A stretch of DNA of 64,000 nucleotides. It comes from Zootoca vivipara (lineage: Eukaryota). The notes beneath the pieces were generated by a model. It ran no database searches, was not told the origin of the DNA, and saw only the letters and a program-made list of their open reading frames with translations. Shown piece after piece: positions 27,001 through 40,544 of this stretch (its first letter is position 1; every line of letters begins with the position of its first letter). Both the position numbers and the translations under genes were made by a program. The DNA lies in the NCBI RefSeq assembly GCF_963506605.1, contig NC_083276.1, forward strand, positions 2,790,001 through 2,854,000. Direction: 5' to 3'.

Positions 27001-29417
27001 CAAGAGGGGCCACTGTGCGCTGAAACAAAGCAGGAGGAGGAGGACCAGGAAGCCAGCAAGTTGGGTAAGAGGGGGATAATTACAACAACAACAACAATTT
27101 ATTATTTATACCCCAGCCACTCTGGGCGACTTCCAACAAAACATTAAAATACAGAAATCTATCAAACATTAAAAGCTTCCCTAAACAGGGCTGCCTTGAG
27201 ATGCCTTCTAAAGGTCTGGTAATTGTTGTTCTCTTTGACCTCTGGTGGGAGGGCATTCCACAGGGTGGGTGCCACTACCGAGAAGGCCCTCTGCCTGGTT
27301 CCCTGCAACTTGGTTTCTCGCAGCGAGGGAACCGCCAGAAGACCCTTGGCGCTGGACCTCAGTGTCCGGGCAGAACGATGGGGGTGGAGACGCTCCTTCA
27401 GGTATACTGGACCAAGGCCATTTAGGGCTTTAAAGGTCAGCACCAACACTTTGAATTGTGCTCGGAAACGTACTGGGAGCCAGTGTAGATCTTTCAAGAC
27501 CGGTGTTATGTGGTCTCGGCAGCCGCTCCCAGTCACCAGCATAGCTGCCAAGTATCCCGTATCCGCCGGGAAAACCCTTTTTTTCTTACCGTTTCCCGGC
27601 GGTCTCCCGTTTAGGGAAAAATCCCGGTATTGTCCCTTAAATCGGGATACTTGGCAGCTATGAGTGGAGGAGAATGCAATTGTTAGCAACCCTAATTACC
27701 CGGCCATTTTTCTGGTGCCGCTTGCCCTTCTATGGGCACCAGAAAATGGCGGCGGCGCCGGAAGTCGCTTCCGCACATGACTGGAAGTTGCATGACGCGA
27801 CTTCCGGTGGCGCTTTGCCCTTCTATGGGCATCAGAAAATGGCGGCGCCGGCGCCGGAAGTCGCTTTTATGTGTTTCCGGTCATGCGCGGAAGCGACTTC
27901 CGGCGCTGGCGCCGCCATTTTCTGGTGCCCATAGAAGGGCGAAGCGCCGGTCATGCGCGCGCTGCCGATCCCGGATATTTACGACCCGGACTTGGCAGGT
28001 ATGGTCACCAGTCTAGCTGCCGCATTCTGGGTTAGTTGTAGTTTCCGGGTCACCTTCAAAGGTAGCCCCACATAGAGTGCATTGCAGTAGTCCAAGCAGG
28101 AGATAACTAGAGCATGCACCACTGGCAAGACAGTCTGCGGGCAGGTAGGGTCTCAGCCTGCGTACCAAAATGACTCCCAGGCTGCGCACCTGGTCCTTCA
28201 AGGGCACAGTTACCCCATTCAGGACCAGGGAGTCCTCCACACCTGCCCGCCTCCTGTCCCAGTTCCCCAGATTAGAAATCTACTGTTCTAAACCACTACA
28301 CCACGCTGGCTCTCATGGTGTATCAATCCCACAAAAGATCTCAAATACCCTAAGGTGCCCTACTGCAGTATGGCGCACTGGCTAGAATATTGAACTAAGA
28401 CCCGGGAGACCCGGGTTCAAATCCCCACTTGGCCATGAAACCCACTAGGTGCCCTTGGGCGGGTCACTGCTTCTCAGCCTAAACTGTCTCGCAGGCTGAG
28501 AATGATTGGCCCAATATCACCCAGGGAGCTTTAGGGCCCAGTGTGCTGGGGAATTTGAACCCTGGTCTCCCAGGTCCTTTGCCCCATCATGCTAACCACT
28601 ACGCCACACTGCCTCCCCCTAATGTTCTGATTCTCCAACCTTTATTTCCCCTGCTTTAAAACTCTTGTTTCTTTTTCTCTAGCGCAAGGAAAGAGTAATT
28701 TGGGATTCTCTCATTTCTTATGCAGGCCAGGAATGGATGGCTGCACACGAGAGGGAGATGTTCACAGCGGAAGATTCGGGCCGAGCAGGGGTGTCCCTGT
28801 GGAAAGCAGAAGAGGTGGCCCCCCAGGAAAATGCTTCTGCCCGTCAGGAGAGGCCTGAGGGCCAGCTGAGGAACTACGCGGGAGGGGATGGAGACGGAGC
28901 TGTACTTTTGGGGGGAGATTACACAGCCCTCATTGTGACCACCGTCCAAGCAGGAGTGGACACAGGGAAGAAGCGGAATACCTGCAGAGCTCACGGGAAA
29001 AGCTTCGGCCCAGGCTCCAGCGTGATCAAGAGCCGCCGAGCGGGAGCGAAAGCCCACAAATGCCAGGTCTGTGGGAAGTTCTTCCTTTCCGGCTCAAAGC
29101 TCATCATCCACCAGAGGACCCACACAGGGGAGAAGCCCTACGAATGCTCGTCTTGTGGGAAGACGTTCAGGTCCAGCTCGGTCCTTTACCGTCACCAGAG
29201 GATCCACACGGGAGAGAAGCCTCACAAGTGCCCCGTCTGCGGAAGGAGGTTCGGCAGCAACTCCAACCTCAACCGGCACCAGAGGATCCACACCGGGGAG
29301 AAGCCTTACGAGTGCGCGGAATGTGGGAAGAGCTTCATCCAGAGGGCCAACCTCAACAAGCACCACAAAATCCACCAGGGGGAGGGGAAAAGCAGGGAGG
29401 GTTTCGGCACGAGCTGA
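24049..29417 (+). CDS. SCAN-domain C2H2 zinc-finger protein (~528 aa, 4 intact fingers)
   Basis: Exons 24049-24828 (SCAN: RQHFRRFCY...[58 protein letters not shown]), 26950-27064 and 28726-29417. Phases 0 and 1 join in frame; TGEKP linkers present; upstream acceptor at 23984. Confidence 0.88.
25120..25446. mobile_element. Tc1/mariner MITE
   Basis: ~55-bp TIRs CAGGTGAAACTC.GAAAATTAGAATATCGTCGAAAAGTGCATTTATTTCAGTAAT; TA at left, TG at right. Confidence 0.85.
25454..25811 (-). mobile_element. RTE-BovB LINE 3' fragment
   Basis: ORF 25461-25790 ([26 protein letters not shown]); GACTAAACAACAA tail. A similar tail occurs at 1-25 on +. Confidence 0.93.
27097..28258 (-). mobile_element. L2 LINE 3' fragment split by a hAT MITE
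   Basis: [39 protein letters not shown]; ATAAATAATAAA tail. Confidence 0.88.
27540..28003. mobile_element. hAT MITE (composite, palindromic) inside L2
   Basis: TIR CATAGCTGCCAAG / CTTGGCAGGTATG; TSD GTCACCAG; internal mini-MITE 27540-27662. Confidence 0.85.
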
Positions 29418-29881
29418 AAGCGCAAAATGGGTGTGACGTGTGTGCACACAGGAGGAAACCGCTTAAGAGATCACGGATCACGGAGAGACACTTTTCAGAG
29501 GAATGTTTCAGAAAAGGACACAGAAATTCCTGTGTTGCAGGGGGTTGGGATGGATGACCCTAGGGGTCCCTTCCTACAATTCTGATTCCGTGAAAGTGAA
29601 TTCAAGAAACCCCAGAGGGCTTTTCGGAACTGCTCCCTGTTCTGGGTGCGTTGATGAGGTGCAAGATCTTGTGGGGTGAGGGGGGCACTACTGGGAGTGC
29701 GCTGGCTGCTCCCCATCATTCGATTACAGGTGCTGAGCGCTTGGGAACGACTCTGGCAAGAGCGCTGTAAAAGTGGAGCACATCCGAAACATCAAAGAAC
29801 ACCCCCAGGTGAAGAAAGCCATGTAAAGCAGTTGGAAGAAGTTGCACTAGCGGACATGAAAGTATACAGACACAGTACTAA

Positions 29882-30112
<231 letters not shown>

Positions 30113-30826
30113 AGGGGGAAATAAAGTTTAAATGTATGGCGTTTGTGTGGTGTTCTGGTGTTTGTATGGAAATTTATAGGCACATGTATTAAACTAGTGC
30201 ACAAGACGTGATTCTGGATAATATGGGGAGGGTGTGAATCTGGGGTCTTGGTGGTGAGTGAGCTGAGTTTTGATGCCCCCTTTTCACTGCCCAAATGATG
30301 GACCTACCTTGTCCTTCACTGTTCAGATACAACAGGTGCTCACTACCTGAACTTTGCATAATCCTTTGAATACCATTTTTATACTACGATTTTCCAGCTG
30401 AATGAAAAGGTTTCTGTACTAAAAAAAAAATCATTTGGTATTTTAAAACTCATCGGTTGAATTTTCCATATCCATACCACTGGAACACTGACCATCCCCT
30501 GTGCTACTCATCGGTTTGCTATATTGTTAGTCAATAGGCCATGATTAGTCCATTTTTAAGAGCTACAGTACCTTGCTTTATCTCGTAATGTGTTTGACCT
30601 CTTTTCTAACTTCCTGCCCACCGTTTATTCAAATAAAGTTTCACAGTATGATGACTGGACTGCGTCTGATTGTCAGCCTCATTAATTTGGTATTCCCCTG
30701 GGCTTAGGTTGCCTTGGGTTTCACGGTCTTAGGAGTTCCAAGTGCACAAGAGGTAAAGTCAGGAATTTCCTCTCTTTTTGTGGAGAAGGTGTGAATGGGA
30801 GGGAGATGCTTTTAGCAAGAAGGATA

Positions 30827-31298
30827 CTGACAAGAAGGATACTGACAAGCTGGAACATGTCCAGAAGAGGTCAACCAAAATGGCCAAAGGCCTGGAAACC
30901 TTATGAGGAACGGCTTAGGGAGCTGGGTATGTTTAGCCTGGAGAAGAGAAGGTTAAGGGGTGATATGATAGCCATGTTCAAATATATGAAAGGATGTCAT
31001 ATGGAGGAGGGAGAAAGATTGTTTTCTGCTGCTCCAGAGAAGCGGACACGGAGCAATGGATTCAAACTTCAAGAAAGAAGATTCCACCTAAACATTAGGA
31101 AGAACTTCCTGACAGTAAGAGCTGTTCGGCAGTGGAATTTGCTGCCAAGGAGTTTGGTGGAGCCTCCTTCTTTGGAGGTTTTTAAGCAGAGGCTTGACAG
31201 GCATATGTCAAGAATGCTTTGATGGTGTTTCCTGCTCGGCAGGGGGTTGGACTGGATGGCCCTTGTGGTCTCTTCCAACTCTATGATTCTATGATTCT
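30827..31298 (+). mobile_element. CR1 LINE 3' fragment
   Basis: [21 protein letters not shown]; CTATGATTCTATGATTC tail. Confidence 0.93.
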
Positions 31299-32369
31299 TC
31301 TCTACAAGGCGTATCCCGAGTGATGCCCCCAGAACCGGCCCATCCAAGAGGCAAGTTGTTGCAACCACTTTGGGTGGCAGGATCTACAGGAGAAGCAGAT
31401 CCCAATATGGATCTTTATTCCCCTCCCCCTTTGTTCCTGATGCAGATCTTCACACACCCCTTCTTCCTTGGGGAGGGCAGTTGCCAGTTTGTACATAGTC
31501 TCAGGTGCCCAAGTGTTTGGGGAATAGCCCTGGGTTCCCCCCCCCATGTTGATAATGGGCACTTTGAGTTTTGTCAAGTTTTAATTGTTCTAGCCCAATG
31601 GTTTTCCACTGGTGTGTTGCGGCTCCTTGGGGGGACTTGAGGAATGTTGAGGGGAGGCAAAGTGGGCATCTTCCCTCCCCTCCCCTTTATTTACTTGCTG
31701 CCCATGTCTTCCTGCATCTCTGTCTCCTCCTCCTCCTCCCCCCCCCTGCCTTTGCCTTTCTCCTCGGGAGTCTTTCCCTCGCCCCTTCCTTCTGAATTTG
31801 CATCAGCCACTAGCCAAAGCAACAGAATAAAACACAAAGCACCACCGAGGAGAGAGCCATGCAAAGGACGTTCCAGGGAAGTTGGCATCAATACAAATGC
31901 CAGAATTAATACACGATCTTCTGGCCGCAGATAAAACATGGGAAGCAATAGGATTTCTTTTGATTAAAAATAAATAAATTGTGCAATGTGTCAGAAAGAG
32001 AATCCGATAACACATCTTATTCTAGTTGCCCCTGCTAAATTTTCTGCAGTTTTTGCCGTCTGCTGGTTATCATCGATTCTAGCAGAAGAAACGACGCCGT
32101 AGCAAAGGCTGAGCTGGGATGGATACGGTAGTAGTATAACGTCGCTCCTCAAATCTTTATGAAGAGTGCAAGCCAGCTGCAATTGAGCCTGACATCTCCG
32201 CATGGACAAATAAATGTGTGTACAGTATTTGTATCCCCTCCTGTGGGATTTTTTCTTTTTTTTGTGACATCCCCTTCAAAAAAGAAAAGAAACTCTACAA
32301 GCACCAAGAACCTCCCTCCTCCTTTTTTGTTTGTTTGTTGAGAATCCACCAATTCTATAAAGGGTGATG

Positions 32370-32545
32370 TAAAAACTGATTTAACCTCTTTGTCTTTCGT
32401 TTCCCATTCCAGCAACAGATTATACATTTTTGATCTTAATTTCCTATCATTTCCTATTATTTCTCTCTGAAAATTTGACATTTCATACTGAAAATCTTTC
32501 TTTTTATCAATCTTAAATATTTCATTTATCTGAAAACATTGCAGC
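32370..32545 (-). mobile_element. L1 ORF2 fragment
   Basis: FQINEIFKIDKK...KLRSKMYNLLLEWETKDKEVKS. Confidence 0.6.
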
Positions 32546-32937
32546 CTGTTGTAGGAATTACCCCCCCCCCCAATCTTTCTACACAAAATATAGGTTTACA
32601 CAGTTCCACAAGCACGCCCCTTCTTCACGTAGCCTCCTTTCTTTTATTCCCCCCCCCCCCCGTAAATAAGGGCTGGCCGACACTTCGTCCCTCCGGAAGG
32701 ACGCACTCGCGCTCCCGCTCCTTGTATGGGTAGACCGGATGAGTCTACTTTGACGGCTCTATCAGCATGTTTCCCGGCGTCTGTTCTCCGTCAATTGGTA
32801 GACCGGGTGAATCTACTTTGACAGCTTCCTACGTCCCAAATATACCTCCACCCATCATATACTGGACATTGCAACGTTATAACAACCCCTTTCTACACTT
32901 ACCTCAGGTGATTACTGACTGGTTTTTTGAAGTTGCC

Positions 32938-33792
32938 TGTAACCCAAAGTGGTTGAATGTTTTAACCCATTACTGTCAAGGACAGACCATTTCTCCACAT
33001 ACTGTACATCTAAAATGAAACACTCACGACTCAGGGTTCTTTGGATTCCATGTTTATTTTAGTCTGTATATTAAACTGTATCAAAGGGGGGATCCTGGGA
33101 GGAAAAACAGCCATAATCTGGTGAGCGAGACGACACGTACACAGCCTCCTCCCGAACAAGGAAATTCCACCTCCAACTGTGCCAGACAGCCGACCATCTC
33201 CTATACAATGGATTTCCCCTTCATGTGGATTCGGACCAAGCCTAAGTCAATGGACAACCATCACCCTCCTGATGACTGTGCACCTCCCTTTTACCTGAGA
33301 AAATATAGAAGGGAGGGGGTGAGAAGGCGCCAGGAACACCTGGCCAGGTGCTCGAATTACTACCTCTGAACCCCTCCTTTTTTGTGATGTATTAATGATG
33401 TGGTTACAGGTAGGTAGCCGTGTTGGTCTGGGTCGAAGTAAAATAAAAAAATTCCTTCAGTAGCACCTTAAAGACCAACTAAGTTTTTATTTTGGTATGA
33501 GCTTTCGTGTGCATGCACACTTCTTCAGATACAGTGAAAAAATTTATTAATGATGTGTTAGTGACATTTTAGTGACGTAGACTTAGGGGTGTATCTTGGT
33601 GGTGGGGAGCACATAAAAAGGGAAGACCCCTTTCGTTCGGGGTCTCCATCTTGCTTCACTTCGTTGCAGGTGGGGCCCCGTCGCGTCAGTTCGTCCTTAA
33701 TAAAGACCAAGCCTACTGGCTGCTGTTTTGCTCTGATATTTTGGCTGGAGTTCTGTTTTGTCCAAGGGAGCCCTCAGATTTTCCCGTTAACA
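32938..33792 (+). mobile_element. ERV solo LTR interrupted by a Penelope fragment
   Basis: TGT...TTAACA, CATAAAA and AATAAA signals; 3' half similar to 13340-13671. Left boundary approximate. Confidence 0.6.
33403..33544 (-). mobile_element. Penelope pLTR fragment with hammerhead (33495-33532)
   Basis: Same pLTR sequence as 2120-2249; 13-bp TSD TATTAATGATGTG. Confidence 0.85.
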
Positions 33793-34777
33793 AGCCAATC
33801 CCTCTCCTCGCTCCTTGGAGGTTTTTAAGCAGATGTTGGATGGCCCTCTGTCATGGATCCTTCAGCAGAGGTTCCTTGCATTGCAGGGGGTTGGACTAGA
33901 TGACCCTCGGGGGTCCCTACAGTTCTGACTCATACAGATTGCCAGGAAGCAAGGGGTTACGAACCACAGAGCTTTTAAATCTCAGAGAAGGATGCAAGGT
34001 CTCTGATTATGGTTATGAATTGATCCCTCTCCCCTGCCGGAAAGGAGGAAAGGTTTGTTTTGCGGTTGCCTCTCTCTCTCTCTCTCTCCTCCCCCCAAAA
34101 TCTCAACTTGCAAGGACATTTGTGTGTTTGCTCTCCATGCAAGCCTGAAGATTTTTCATGCAAACGCCTGCATTTTTGCTCGAAGGTGTGCTGTGTCGGT
34201 GTCTGTTCTCATACTGGATTGCAAGACGCGAGATTCTTGTAAGTAGACCTTTTGCATATCTTAATTCTTGGTCCAAAGGGTAGAGACGAGCTAGCTCATC
34301 CTAAATGGCCGGATAGGATACTGTATCTCTAATCTAGGTCTCGCCAAGCGATCAAACTCTGCTGCCAGCTTTGCGGAATTGAATGCAGGTCTTGCAGCCT
34401 TCGTCCCGTTGCTGCCGTGGAAAAAACACGTGTGGGTTCGGGGTCCCCGTGGAAGTATCCGGGAGGAGCCCCCTAACTCCCGCACACGGAGATCATGTTT
34501 GGGGTACCCCTCCCCAGTTCCTTGTTTCCGTATTGAGCATTGTGTGAGATGCTTTGCAAACCTTGGGGGAAAACATTTCCATTCTGGGTACTGGCCAGGA
34601 AATCTTGGGGGGGGGGGGCAGGGCTAAAATATTGTGGGTAAGCACCGCCCTGCAGATGTTTCATTTGGGGGGTGGGGTGGAGGTGGATCCTTTGCCTGGG
34701 TCTGTATTATCCAAATGGCATCTCTTTCAGCCCTGCCGTGGAGTTGCTGCTGGGCATTGAATTTGGACCTTCTGCAT

Positions 34778-36337
34778 CAGGGTGGATTTCATTTGATTTA
34801 AATCACGATTTAAATCACTAGTTAGTAAGGCTTGATTTAAATCATAGTTTTCTACATAAAGACTAATTCTTGCTGGTATAACTTTAATATGCAAGTAGAT
34901 GAAGATTTTTAGAATATCATAGAACCATAGAGTTGGAAGAGACCACAAGGGCCATCCAGTCCAACCCCCTGCCAAGCAGGAAACACCATCAAAGCATTCT
35001 TGACATATGCCTGTCAAGCCTCTGCTTAAAAACCTCCAAAGAAGGAGACTCCACCACACTCCTTGGTAGCAAATTCCACTGCCGAACAGCTCTTACTGTC
35101 AGGAAGTTATTCCTAATGTTTAGGTGGAATCTTCTTTCTTGTAGTTTGAATCCATTGATCCGTGTCCACTTCTCTGGACCAGCAGAAAACAATCTTTCTC
35201 CCTCCTCCATATGACATCCTTTCATATATTTGAACATGGCTATCATATCACCCCTTAACCTTCTCTTCTCCAGGCTAAACATACCCAGCTCCCTAAGCCG
35301 TTCCTCATAAGGCATTGTTTGCAGGCCTTTGACCATTTTGGTTGCCCTCCTCTGGACACGTTCCAGTTTGTCAGTATCCTTCTTGAACTGTGGTGCCCAG
35401 AACTGGACACAGTACTCCAGGTGAGGTCTGACCAGAGCAGAATACAGTGGTACTATTACTTCCCTAGATCTAGACGCTATGCTCCTATTGATGCAGCCCA
35501 GAATTGCATTGGCTTTTTTAGCTGCTGCTGACTCATGTCAAGTTTGTGGTCTACCAAGACTCCTAGATCCTTTTCACATGTACTGCTCTCAAGCCAGAAT
35601 AACAACTTTTCATATTAGTTTTTTTATCCCGCGTTTAATAGGTTAATCATTCATATTTGGACAACTTTTCTGTTGTACTAAGGAAGGAGAAAAAGAATCA
35701 TTACCTTAATAATAACAATTTAAATAGATTTATTCAACTGAAACAATAACATTACAGAATATGTTATTTGCTTAAACAGACATCCATGTTTGTTAACTGA
35801 TTTGGCTAAACAAAAACAAAATATATATATTTTAAGAAACTTACACTGTCAGCCCAGCCTTACACATGAAAAACCTAAATACTGTCCACTCCAAACAATC
35901 AGGAAAATATTGTTTCTGTTCTATTCACTGAACTTCTTGAAATTTAGCACTGAAGTGGTTGATTCTGTAGAACAATAGGATTAAGGTCTTTTTCTCAACT
36001 CTGTTCATGTTATAACATTTTTGCTGCGAATAAGAGGCATGTGATCTCTGCTGAGTCAAATTCAGTTTTGAGAACTGCAAACGTAAACCAAGCATCTGCG
36101 ATAATATCTTGTAGGCAGAGAAAATGCCCAATAATCTTACAAAAACCTCAGGAAGAACATGACATTGTGTATGGATTAATGGAATTTATTTACCCCAAAA
36201 ATTAAACATATACAACCTTATTCTACATAATTAAAAAAACTAATCTTTATTTCATGATGGAATAACCTTTGGATGGTAATATACTTTCCTCAAAAAGCAT
36301 TTTATTTTAAAATAATCATTGATTTTTATCCACCCTG
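34778..36337. mobile_element. hAT element with CR1 insertion
   Basis: TIR CAGGGTGGAT / ATCCACCCTG; TSD TTCTGCAT; subterminal ATTTAAATC repeats. Confidence 0.85.
34917..35595 (-). mobile_element. CR1 LINE 3' fragment inserted in a hAT element
   Basis: Near-identical to 3742-4420; flanking AGAATA duplication. Confidence 0.93.
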
Positions 36338-36945
36338 TTCTGCATGCAAGGGAGATTCTCTGCCCCTGAGATAAAGTGGGGGGTGGGGAGTGGGGAGGAA
36401 GAGAAAGAAATGCGGGTTGGTGGTGGCTGCAATGTCAGGTCTCCAGGCTGGAAGACAGAAAAGCTAGCCAGCAAAGGAAAGGGATGTTTTTATTGGGGGT
36501 GATATCCCTTTTGAGACAGGACTCCACCTTTCCTGTCTGTTGGGGTTCAGGAGGAAGGTGCCTCTCTTTGACCATAGAAACTGTGGTTGGGGGCCGGGAC
36601 GGGGACCCATGGATAGGGAGGCTTCGCCTTCAGCCGAAAAATGCCTGGCAGGGGAATTCCTGCAAGGGCTCTGAGGCTGCCTTCTTTCTCCCTCCCAGGA
36701 ACATTCCGCTTTTTTTTTAACCTTCTGAGCTGAACCTGCAATCCAAGCCGAGGATGGAAGGAGGAAGATGGACAGTTGACCTGGTCAGGCTGTCTCCTGC
36801 ATCCCTCCCCACAACCTCTGACCCTTCTCTCGCAGGACCCTCAGAGAGATCTGGTGAGTGGCAGGGAATGGAGATGAGGACCTGGAGGGATGCATGGAGG
36901 CTGGAAAGGGGGGGCAAGAGGAAAGATGGATAGGGGACAAAAGAT

Positions 36946-37028
36946 GGAAGGAAGGAAGGAAGGAAGGAAGGAAGGAAGGAAGGAAGGAAGGAAGGAAGGA
37001 AGGAAGGAAGGAAGGAAGGAAGGAAGGA
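36946..37028 (+). repeat. (GGAA)n microsatellite
   Basis: ~20 perfect GGAA units. Confidence 0.95.
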
Positions 37029-38807
37029 GATAGGCCTTCTCCACAGTGTCTGTCTCTTTCTAGAATCTCCCTTCAAAAAGTAGCTAGAAACCTTATTTCC
37101 CACCCTGGTTTTTTTTTTCATGCCTTTTTTTATCAAAGTCATATACTTCCCTTCATCTGTCTCTAAGCTTGACAGTCTTAAAAGACTGTTTGTGAGAGTC
37201 AATGGAGCGGGATTTTGTTGTTGTTGTTGTTGTTGTTGTCATTTTACAAGCTTATATTAAGGAAAGTCCTTTGTTTGAATTCAAAATAAGTACACAAAAT
37301 GAACAAGGCAGTTTTGGGAAGCTTTTAAAATTTGATGCTCCCAGAGAGGCTGGGGCACCCCAATCAGATGGAATGAGAATGAGAATAATAATAATAATAA
37401 TAATAATAATAGCAACAAAGGGACTCACAAGCTATTTCTAGTACCAGCTTTCCTGGTCCACAGGCCTTCAGTCCACAGTTCCCTTGACCAACTAAATTCT
37501 TTCTGCAGCTCACCTGTGAGATACCTGGTAAAAAATTATGTCGTTTCATCATTTAGTGGTTTTGCCTATCACTTTTTTAAGGCTTAATTTTTTTTTGAAG
37601 TAGAGCTTTGAAAAGCCTTTTAAAAAAACAATGAGTCGCTCAGTGTCCCGCTAATTGTTTTTGTAAGTGAGGAAAAAACTGAAAACACATTTAAATAATA
37701 ATAAAAATTATTCCGATAATCTGAAAAAAAATATACCAACAGGAAAAGAGATTCAAACTCTCATGCGACAGGCAGATTGCAGTACGTGGTGCTAGTGGGA
37801 TCAGAAAGACATTTAATTCCCAGCTACTAGCCATGTTTTTCCTCCACATTTAGAAGTGTTATTTCTCTGAATTCTAGTGGCTGGGAATCCTAGAATCAAA
37901 GAATTGTAGAGTTGGAAGGGATCCCAAGTGTGATCTAGCATCCACGACAGATGCCCATAGGAACCTGATTTGAATATTGGTTTTGTATTTGCACTCACAT
38001 TTTTAATCTCTTTGGGTCAAAACATCTCTGCTGTCTTGAGAGTCATTTTTAAAATTTCTTATTGACCTTTAATATTCACCTTTGGCACCTATGCCTATTC
38101 CCTGTTGGGACAGAGATGATAATTACATGAGTTCTTGACCACCCACCTCAAAAGAGAAAAGAGCGGGAATGTCCCGGATGGAGATTTTCCACCAGAGAAT
38201 ATCTGACTGCGTCAGAAGATAGGTACAAGATCAGGCCATGCACACCTATGGTGGGGAAATAGAACCTCTTGGGATGGAAGTTTGAACCTGGGATTCCCAG
38301 CAGTGAAGCTCTGGCTACTTTCCTTCTGCATCTCCATCTCTCCTCTCTCTCTCTGCAATGCAAGGCTGACAGATGGAGATCTAGATCCAAGAACGTTAGC
38401 CTATCTGATCACTCATTCACCTGATCTCAAGCACCAGGCCCTGTCATTACTTACCTGGCAGGCCCTTACCGCAGTCCCCCGATAATCCTTATGTCAGGGT
38501 CTCCCAAAGTGGTTCAATTGAGCAAATATGAACCTAAAAGACAGTGGACATTTTAATGGAAAGGGCAGCTGTGCTTCCTGTGAGGACCCTCTGTGTTTTC
38601 AAGGGTGATTGGGGATTGTGAAAGGTTGACAAATGTGTTGTTGTCCTGATCTGATAGAATTTCCTTTCCTAAAAACTTGGAACCTAGACAGGAGGGGGGG
38701 GGAGTCTGTTCAAATAAGAGATGTGTTAAGTTGGCTTGTGTTTTTGGTAGTTTTCTTCACTACCTTGAAAGCCTAACAAGATTTTTTTTTTCTCCCTGAC
38801 CATGTAG

Positions 38808-39997
38808 GTGATGGAGAAGATAGTCAGAATTCTAGAGGGCCACCTGTAGTTTCATTGGGAATAAAGAAGAAACCATTTAAATGTGTGGAATGTGGAAAAT
38901 GCTTCCGTCAACGTTCACACCTGAGGGGTCATCAATGGATTCACACTGGGCAGAAGCCATTTAAGTGTGTGGAGTGTGGAAAGAGCTTCAGTTATAACTG
39001 TGCTCTTACTTCACATCATCGAACCCACACAGGTGAAAAACCATTTAAATGTATAGTGTGTGGAAAGAGCTTTCATCAGAGTGGACATCTTACTTTACAC
39101 CATCGAACTCACACAGGGGAGAAACCATTTAGATGTATGGAGTGTGGAAAGAGCTTCGCTGATAATAGCAAACTTAGAAGACATCAACGAATTCACACAG
39201 GGGAGAAACCATTTAAATGTATGGAGTGTGGAAAGAGCTTCAGTCGGAGGTTTTGCGTTACTGTACACCATCGAATTCACACAGGGGAGAAACCATTTAG
39301 ATGTATGGAGTGTGGAAGGAGGTTCAGTCAAAATTCAAGCCTTACTTTACATCATCGAACCCACACAGGTGAAAAACCATTTAAATGTATGGAGTGTGGA
39401 AAGAGCTTTCATCAGAGTGGACATCTTACTTTACATAATCGAACTCACACAGGGCAAAAACCATTTAAATGTACGGAGTGTGGAAAGACCTTCAGTCGTA
39501 TTGATGCACTTAGAATACATCAATGGACTCACGCAGCAGAGAAACCATTTAAATGTATGGAGTGTGGAAAGACCTTCAGTCATATTGGTGCACATAGAAG
39601 ACATCAACAGAGTCACACAGCGAAGAAACCATTTAAATGTATGGAGTGTGGAAAGTGCTTCAGTAAGAGTGGAAGCTTTACACATCATCTACAAACTCAT
39701 ACAGGGGAGAAACCATATAAATGCATGGAGTGTGCAAAGAGCTTCACTGATAATAGCAAACTTAGAAGACATCAACAAATTCACACAGGGGAGAAACCAT
39801 TTAAATGTATGGAGTGTGGAAAGAGCTTCCAAGAAGGTTCAGCACTTAGTGTACATTTACAAATTCACACAGGGGAGAAACCATTTAAATGTGTGGAGTG
39901 TGGAAAGGGCTTCAGTAGGAGGGGAACCCTTAGTAATCATCAACAGACTCACACAAGAACGAAGGTGACCTCCAAGACTATAACAACTGTTGTTTAA
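38808..39997 (+). CDS. Terminal exon encoding 13 tandem C2H2 zinc fingers
   Basis: Polypyrimidine acceptor ...CATGTAG|GT GAT GGA GAA (phase 1) at 38807/38808; open frame to TAA 39997; 13 CxxC-x12-HxxxH fingers. Upstream coding exon not identified. Confidence 0.85.
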
Positions 39998-40009
39998 TCT
40001 ATTTGCTGA

Positions 40010-40540
40010 TTCCCTGGGGGGAAGCCTTCGCGCATGCAGTTCTCAACAAATTTCTTGCCCTCACTGACAGAGCTTGTCCTGAGTCACAATGTGGCTTTAG
40101 AGCTCAGGTGTCAACAGTCACCATGATTTTTTCACTGTGCCAGCTGCAGGAGAAAGTTTCACCACCACTTTTCAGCTTGGTGAAAACAGTAGACATGCTG
40201 GCAAGAGCTGAAAGTGATCCCTTCCCACTCTCAGTCCCCCTAGCTCCCTTCTTGGGCCGCCTACCCCTTGCAGAGTCCAGGTGTGCAGCTGGAAAATCTT
40301 TGGGCCATGACACTGCTTAACAATATAGGGCGACCACCTAAGCTTGTCCTTCCATGGAAATGCGAGTGATGCCTTTCTAGGGATGCCTTCACTATCAAGA
40401 GTGGTGGGAAACAAGGCTGTGTTCTCACCCCAACTCTCTTTGGCCTAGTCTTCTCCCTGGTCCTCTCAAAGGCCTTCAGCTCAAATGAAGAGCAGGCTTG
40501 CTTCCGTTTGAGGAGCGATGGGGGGTCTGTTCAACCTGGA
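40010..40540 (+). mobile_element. Decayed RTE LINE RT fragment in ZNF 3' UTR
   Basis: PESQCGFRAQVSTVTMIFSLCQLQEK; ...KSG.KQGCVL.PTLFG. Confidence 0.7.
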
Positions 40541-40544
40541 TAAA

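Noticed and set aside
30133-30725. Possible LTR/DIRS-like repeat (also 32547-32884)
   Set aside because: TG start and AATAAA are present, but there is no convincing TSD or second copy in the window.
39060-39968. 302-aa overlapping ORF inside the 13-finger exon
   Set aside because: Shifted-frame shadow of the 84-nt finger repeat ([10 protein letters not shown] units); starts at GTG and has no independent support.
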